DNA of 64,000 nucleotides from Vulcanimicrobiota bacterium (GTDB lineage Bacteria; Vulcanimicrobiota; Xenobia; Xenobiales; JADMJV01): NCBI GenBank assembly GCA_050250895.1, contig JBFWNU010000002.1, positions 256,001 to 320,000 of the forward strand, read 5' to 3'. Shown piece by piece: positions 63,484 to 64,000 of this stretch (position 1 is its first letter; each line of letters starts with the position of its first letter). The notes under the pieces were generated by a model. It saw only the letters and a program-made list of their open reading frames with translations, ran no database searches and was not told where the DNA came from. The position numbers and the translations under genes were made by a program.

Positions 63484-64000
63484 ATGGCAGTTAATCAAGC
63501 AGGAGCGCAACCGGTCAATAACACACCGACCACCACAACGACAGCGGCGACAACGCCCGCGAACACTGCCGCCGGCACAGGCGGCACATCCAATGTCGAT
63601 ATGAATAGCCTGCTCGAGGGCATCGGCTCTCTGGTAGGCATCCTCACCAGCCTGGCCGAGGCTTGGGCGGGCACCAATGGCGGCGACGCGGCCATGCAAG
63701 AAGAGATGCGGCGCCGCGAAGAAGAGCAGATGCAGGTATGGAACACCATCCTGGGGGCTCGTCAGCAAGATTTCAACATCGCCGCAGGGCTGGCTCAGAG
63801 CGCCTTCGGCAATAACGACTTCCAGATGCAGATCCTGTCGAACGCACTGCCCGGGCTGGGCAGCATGCTCGGTGGCCTGCAGGGGGCGAACCTCAACCCC
63901 TTCGGTCAGCAGGGTTTTGGCCAGCCGCAAGCCTTCGGCACCCAAAATCTCGGAGGGTTGGGCTTCGGCCAGCAACAAGCCTTTGGCGGTTTCGGCGTAG
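63484..64000 (+). CDS. Low-complexity protein, 3' partial (absent from the ORF track)
   Basis: Translated by hand: MAVNQAGAQPVNNTPTTT...LLEGIGSLVGILTSLA...EEMRRREEEQ...FGQQGFGQPQAFG; open to the window end. Confidence 0.78.
   Translation, partial: MAVNQAGAQPVNNTPTTTTTAATTPANTAAGTGGTSNVDMNSLLEGIGSLVGILTSLAEAWAGTNGGDAAMQEEMRRREEEQMQVWNTILGARQQDFNIAAGLAQSAFGNNDFQMQILSNALPGLGSMLGGLQGANLNPFGQQGFGQPQAFGTQNLGGLGFGQQQAFGGFGV

Noticed and set aside
1-64000. CRISPR arrays, tRNA/rRNA, IS transposases
   Set aside because: None seen by eye; a dedicated scan was not possible.

Overview
GC-rich bacterial chromosome segment with about 60 CDS. I saw no rRNA, tRNA or CRISPR array. The gene repertoire (SLH-tethered outer-membrane barrel, FHA/BTAD regulators, several minor-pilin cassettes, DUF222-like HNH genes) suggests a diderm Terrabacterium such as Eremiobacterota/Vulcanimicrobiota; this is an inference, not tested. 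Main contents, in order: (1) the 3' end of an operon encoding a U32 Fe-S protein, an ABC exporter and a minimal QhpE-like subtilisin, convergent with a double-PqqD/twin-arginine/22-Cys fusion protein; (2) a Gld-type ABC system; (3) two minor-pilin operons, one ending in a Ser/Thr kinase that faces an FHA-BTAD regulator; (4) a 25.1-29.7 kb island with two divergent HNH genes, 28-bp direct repeats and a decayed Rhs toxin/immunity pair; (5) an internally deleted SLH-porin gene; (6) a Crp/Fnr-PAS kinase-hemerythrin-NarL cluster with two Fnr-like boxes; (7) a scattered set of hydrolases and harpin- or translocator-like proteins with disordered N-terminal leaders instead of signal peptides, several sharing a helically phased GTTAAC...CACACC promoter motif; (8) a stand-alone Zn-independent rpsN. 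All family calls are from motifs read by eye; no database searches were run.
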